Positions 60,527 through 64,000 of a stretch of 64,000 bases of DNA are shown here, one piece after another (the first letter of the stretch is position 1; each line of letters begins with the position of its first letter). Both the position numbers and the translations under genes were made by a program. Under the pieces are notes generated by a model. It was not told the origin of the DNA and ran no database searches. It worked only from the letters and a program-made list of their open reading frames with translations. The DNA comes from Dehalococcoidales bacterium (GTDB lineage Bacteria; Chloroflexota; Dehalococcoidia; Dehalococcoidales; RBG-16-60-22): contig DAOUEB010000027.1 in the NCBI GenBank assembly GCA_034430675.1, positions 650 through 64,649 of the forward strand, in the 5' to 3' direction.

Positions 60527-61060
60527 GTGTCATTGGAAAGGGACGGCAGATGGAAACTGGACAGGATAATTGAGAAGGCCAGCCACGTCTTTCTGGTGCT
60601 CAGCGGAATCCTGATAGTCGTGATGATGTTTACCGCGACTTACGGTGTGGTACGTCGCTATGCGCTCAATAGTCCGGAGCCCTATTCCTATGAGTTCAGC
60701 ACCATGTTTCTGTTGTTCTCCTTTGTCTTTGCGATATCGGCTGTGGAAAGGCTGGACCGGCATATCAAGGTCGATTTCATCAGCGGTCATCTCCCTGAAC
60801 GGGTGCGACATATTATCCTTAATATTATCGCCCCTCTTATGGGGCTCTTCTTTGCCTTCATGCTTACTTGGCAGGGGGTTGAAACATCTCTGTTCTCGTT
60901 AAAAATTGGCGAAGTCAGCTCATCATCGTGGCGGGAACCCTTGTTCCCGATAAAACTGATGGTACCCATAGGCTATGCCATGCTCATTCTCGTTCTCTTG
61001 GCCCGTCTCTATAAAGGCTTCGCTTCCCTGAAAGGTGGCATAAAGAAGCGGCGAGAGTAA
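60527..61060 (+). CDS. TRAP transporter small permease (DctQ family)
   Basis: 177 aa, four TM helices, located between the DctP and DctM genes. Confidence 0.8.
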   Translation: MSLERDGRWKLDRIIEKASHVFLVLSGILIVVMMFTATYGVVRRYALNSPEPYSYEFSTMFLLFSFVFAISAVERLDRHIKVDFISGHLPERVRHIILNIIAPLMGLFFAFMLTWQGVETSLFSLKIGEVSSSSWREPLFPIKLMVPIGYAMLILVLLARLYKGFASLKGGIKKRRE

Positions 61061-61114
61061 GGTTCGGCACCGGCTGGCCGTTTTAGGCGTACTACGCCGG
61101 AAACTGGGGATAGT

Positions 61115-62416
61115 ATGGATTATACAACAGCGGCAATAATATGTGTGGCCGGCATGCTCCTCTTCCTGATGCTGGGAGTGCCGATTGCCTACTCCCTGGG
61201 ATTTGTTTCCATCATCGTCGGGATTATCACCTTCGGTGGTGCGTGCCTTCCGAAAATCGGCTGGATCACCTTTCACCTGCTCTATAACCTGAACTGGACC
61301 CCCCTCCCCCTGTTCACTCTGATGGCCTGCACCATCGCCGAGACCAGAATCGGTGAAGACCTCTTCCGCGCCGCCAGGAACTGGTTATCCCGTGTCCCCG
61401 GCGGCATAATCGCTGCCAGTGTCTGGGGTGAAGCTGGGATGGCCGCCGCTCTGGGTGCCAGCGGACCCACGATAATCGCCGTGGGCAAGGTCGCCGTGCC
61501 CGAATTTGAACGGTATCACTACAGCAAGGCGCTCGGTCTCGGAGCATTGACCTGTGGTGGTGTCCTGGGACCGCTGATTCCCCCCAGCGCCACCATGATT
61601 ATTTACGCCATCATGTCCAATGTCCCCTTGGGCAGGCTTTTTATCGCTGGCATTATACCGGGAGTTATCCTGGCCCTTATGCTGTCGATAGTGCCCATCA
61701 TCCTCTGCGCGCGAAACCCCGCCCTCGGTGGTGCTGTCGGCGCCGTCAGCTGGGGAGAAAGGTTCTCGTCACTGAAAAGGGTCTGGCCTATTGCTCTGGT
61801 TATGGCCTGCGTACTCGGTTCCATTTATCTCGGCATTGCCACGCCGACGGAAGCAGGTGGCGTGGGCAGTTTCGTCGTGCTGGTGATTGCGGTCACCTTT
61901 TACCGCCTCAGGCTCAAAGGCCTCTACCGGGCGATGCTGGAAACGGCGCTGATTAATGCCATGATTCTCATTATCCTGGTTGGCGCGTCCTTCTTTTCGT
62001 ATGTCGTGGGAAGCTCTGCCATGGCGGAGAGTCTGGCCACGTTCGTTAAGTCACTCGGGATATCGCCGGTACTGGTAATTGTCTGCATTATGCTTGTTCT
62101 GCTCATTCTCGGTTGTTTTATCGAGGGGATTACCATTATGATGTTGACCATACCCATCTTTGTTCCCATGGTTATGGCGCTTGGCTATAATCCGCTATGG
62201 TTTGGCATACTGTACGTAACTAATATGGAAATAGCATTGATTACTCCCCCCATGGGCATCAATCTCTTTCTGGTGAGAAACACCTTTGATATACAGACAA
62301 TGGAGCTTCTCAGGGGAATAGCGCCTTTCATGATTGTCCTCATACTCTTCTTAGCGCTCATGGTGGCCGTTCCCCAGCTAAGTACATGGTTGCCCGGCAT
62401 GATGATAGGAAAATAA
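61115..62416 (+). CDS. TRAP transporter large permease (DctM family)
   Basis: 433 aa polytopic protein with typical DctM length and position. Confidence 0.88.
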   Translation: MDYTTAAIICVAGMLLFLMLGVPIAYSLGFVSIIVGIITFGGACLPKIGWITFHLLYNLNWTPLPLFTLMACTIAETRIGEDLFRAARNWLSRVPGGIIAASVWGEAGMAAALGASGPTIIAVGKVAVPEFERYHYSKALGLGALTCGGVLGPLIPPSATMIIYAIMSNVPLGRLFIAGIIPGVILALMLSIVPIILCARNPALGGAVGAVSWGERFSSLKRVWPIALVMACVLGSIYLGIATPTEAGGVGSFVVLVIAVTFYRLRLKGLYRAMLETALINAMILIILVGASFFSYVVGSSAMAESLATFVKSLGISPVLVIVCIMLVLLILGCFIEGITIMMLTIPIFVPMVMALGYNPLWFGILYVTNMEIALITPPMGINLFLVRNTFDIQTMELLRGIAPFMIVLILFLALMVAVPQLSTWLPGMMIGK

Positions 62417-62755
62417 AACATTAATTTATATCATTAATTGTTCATCTATCCGGCAAAGGATCTCTTTAACTCTACTAATAAATTCCTCATTACAATGATA
62501 AAGATATTTAATAACTGCTCCGTTAAAATCACTTAATTATTGGATTATATCCCCACTAGTGCCAGCGTCCCAAAGCATTGGTAATTACGCTTAAGGCACG
62601 ATTTGTCTTCCTAGTGAGTCATGGCTGACTCAAAACCAACATTCTGACTTTTTGTTTGGCAACGTTTAGCCAATTTGTGCAAACATGGAGTCGCCGAATA
62701 ATCCAGCCTTTATAAAATTCAAGCGAGAATACCCGTCAGCTTGCTGGGGGGTTAT

Positions 62756-63961
62756 TCACTCCGCTGACTTCGTCCTGTCAATACGGATGTTCTTCCTGAC
62801 AACCATCGTCACGGCTAAAGCCAGTACCATAACGCCGGAGCTCAATATCAGTCCCCGTTCTACCCCTACCATGCCGCTGGCCCAGCCCATCACGGGCGCG
62901 CCGATAGCCACCCCGGCCGTAAGAAGAGCGTGGAAAATCCCGGTACCCAGGCCGCGCTCTTCCGCCGCGGTATGGTCGGCCACCGTAGCTGAAACCGACG
63001 GAAAAATCGTGCCGTAAGCGGCGCCATATAACGCCATCACGGCTATCAACAGGGGGAAGTCCGCCATCCAGGGCAGCAGCACCAGAGCCACGATGCCGAA
63101 AGCCAGTCCGGCTGCGGTCAGTCCCGCCCTCCCGACACGGTCGGAGAGAATCCCCATGGGCATCTGCAGAATAATGAACATAACCGCGAAAGCCGCCAGC
63201 AGCATGCCGACATGGAAGGCTTCCATGCCCAGGTTTTTCAGATAGAGGGGTAAAAGCGTGACAACGCCGCCGAAAGAGAAATACTGCGCGAATATCGTGC
63301 AGTACGGACTGATAAGTTCTCTTCTTCTCAATAAGTCCTTTACCCTCCGCCAGCCCTCGCCGGGAGATGTTTGAATTTCGGTCGTACCCCGTCGTCTGCT
63401 CCCCGGCAGCCACAGTCCCAGAGCCGCGCCTATTACCAGTAATCCCCCGCCCAGCCAGAAGACCACCTTATAACCAAGCCTGGAAGCGATAAATCCGCTC
63501 AGGCCGTAGCCCACGAGTGTCGCCGCTGCCAGGGACATGCCGTAGACAGCCATCAACCGGCCCCGGCGCGTTTCGCCGCCGTGATGCGCTATGGCCGACA
63601 TCGTCGACGGGCCGACCATGCCGCCGGTTATCCCGTGCAGCACCCGCACCAGCGCCAGGTGGAACGGCACACGGCACAGCGTATAGAGAAACATACTCAC
63701 GGCATCGCCGATGAGACCGGCCACCAGCGGCAGCTTGTAGCCGACCCTGTCCACCAGCCGACCCAGAAAAATATTGGCCGGGGTATTGACAATCGAATAC
63801 AGGCCGATGATAAGCCCGACAATGCCGATACCGGCCCCCAGTTCATAAGCATAGAGGGCCAGGACCGGAATCAGCAGGTGAGTATCCATGAAACCGATAA
63901 AGGTCACGAAGGAAATAACCGGCAGGACATTCTTCGTCCGGGGTCGCGATAACTCGTTCAT
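62756..63961 (-). CDS. MFS transporter
   Basis: 401 aa, ~12 TM helices. The GRLVDRVGYK loop 2-3 motif is typical of the major facilitator superfamily. Confidence 0.85.
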   Translation of the reverse strand: MNELSRPRTKNVLPVISFVTFIGFMDTHLLIPVLALYAYELGAGIGIVGLIIGLYSIVNTPANIFLGRLVDRVGYKLPLVAGLIGDAVSMFLYTLCRVPFHLALVRVLHGITGGMVGPSTMSAIAHHGGETRRGRLMAVYGMSLAAATLVGYGLSGFIASRLGYKVVFWLGGGLLVIGAALGLWLPGSRRRGTTEIQTSPGEGWRRVKDLLRRRELISPYCTIFAQYFSFGGVVTLLPLYLKNLGMEAFHVGMLLAAFAVMFIILQMPMGILSDRVGRAGLTAAGLAFGIVALVLLPWMADFPLLIAVMALYGAAYGTIFPSVSATVADHTAAEERGLGTGIFHALLTAGVAIGAPVMGWASGMVGVERGLILSSGVMVLALAVTMVVRKNIRIDRTKSAE

Positions 63962-64000
63962 ACGCGCAGCCTAATCAGAATACACCACAACCGCCGTCTT

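Overview
This 64 kb window looks like a chromosome segment from a Dehalococcoidia-type (Chloroflexota) bacterium. That assignment is an inference from gene content: mraZ-rsmH sit directly against ftsA-ftsZ with no mur/fts wall genes, a bacterial Elp3 is present, and several solute-binding or secreted proteins are lipoproteins.

- **1-8348:** the right arm of an integrated mobile element next to tRNA-Gln(TTG). It carries a large serine recombinase, an XRE/RHH divergent switch, a DnaC-like loader, a putative initiator gene containing an iteron-like 8-mer array, a J-domain protein and many small Cys-rich ORFs.
- **8349-50200:** core housekeeping genes.
  - tRNA-Leu, leuS and proC.
  - A MarR-HlyD-MacB-type efflux operon, then cvpA, ferredoxin, coaD and rsmD.
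  - ftsZ-ftsA-rsmH-mraZ, a MogA/MoaB gene, trmD, rplS, priA and def.
  - An APC permease, usp, trkA x2, comEA/comEC, a methyltransferase and elp3.
  - A CoA-transferase pair, a flavoprotein, tRNA-Asn and a rhomboid protease.
  - tRNA-Thr/Tyr/Thr-tuf-rpmG-secE-nusG-rplKAJL.
- **50.2-58.8 kb:** a plastic region of unknown function. It holds six paralogous small cupin-like proteins (four in tandem plus a convergent pair), DUF169- and DUF1893-like genes, a lipoprotein, comM/yifB, two gene remnants and several copies of a mosaic GC-rich hairpin / MITE-like repeat family. Copies of that repeat family also occur at 12.3, 32.6 and 36.4 kb.
- **Right end:** a TRAP transporter (dctPQM-like) and an MFS transporter.

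No rRNA genes, CRISPR array or reductive dehalogenase were seen. All functional calls come from motif recognition by eye; no database search was run.
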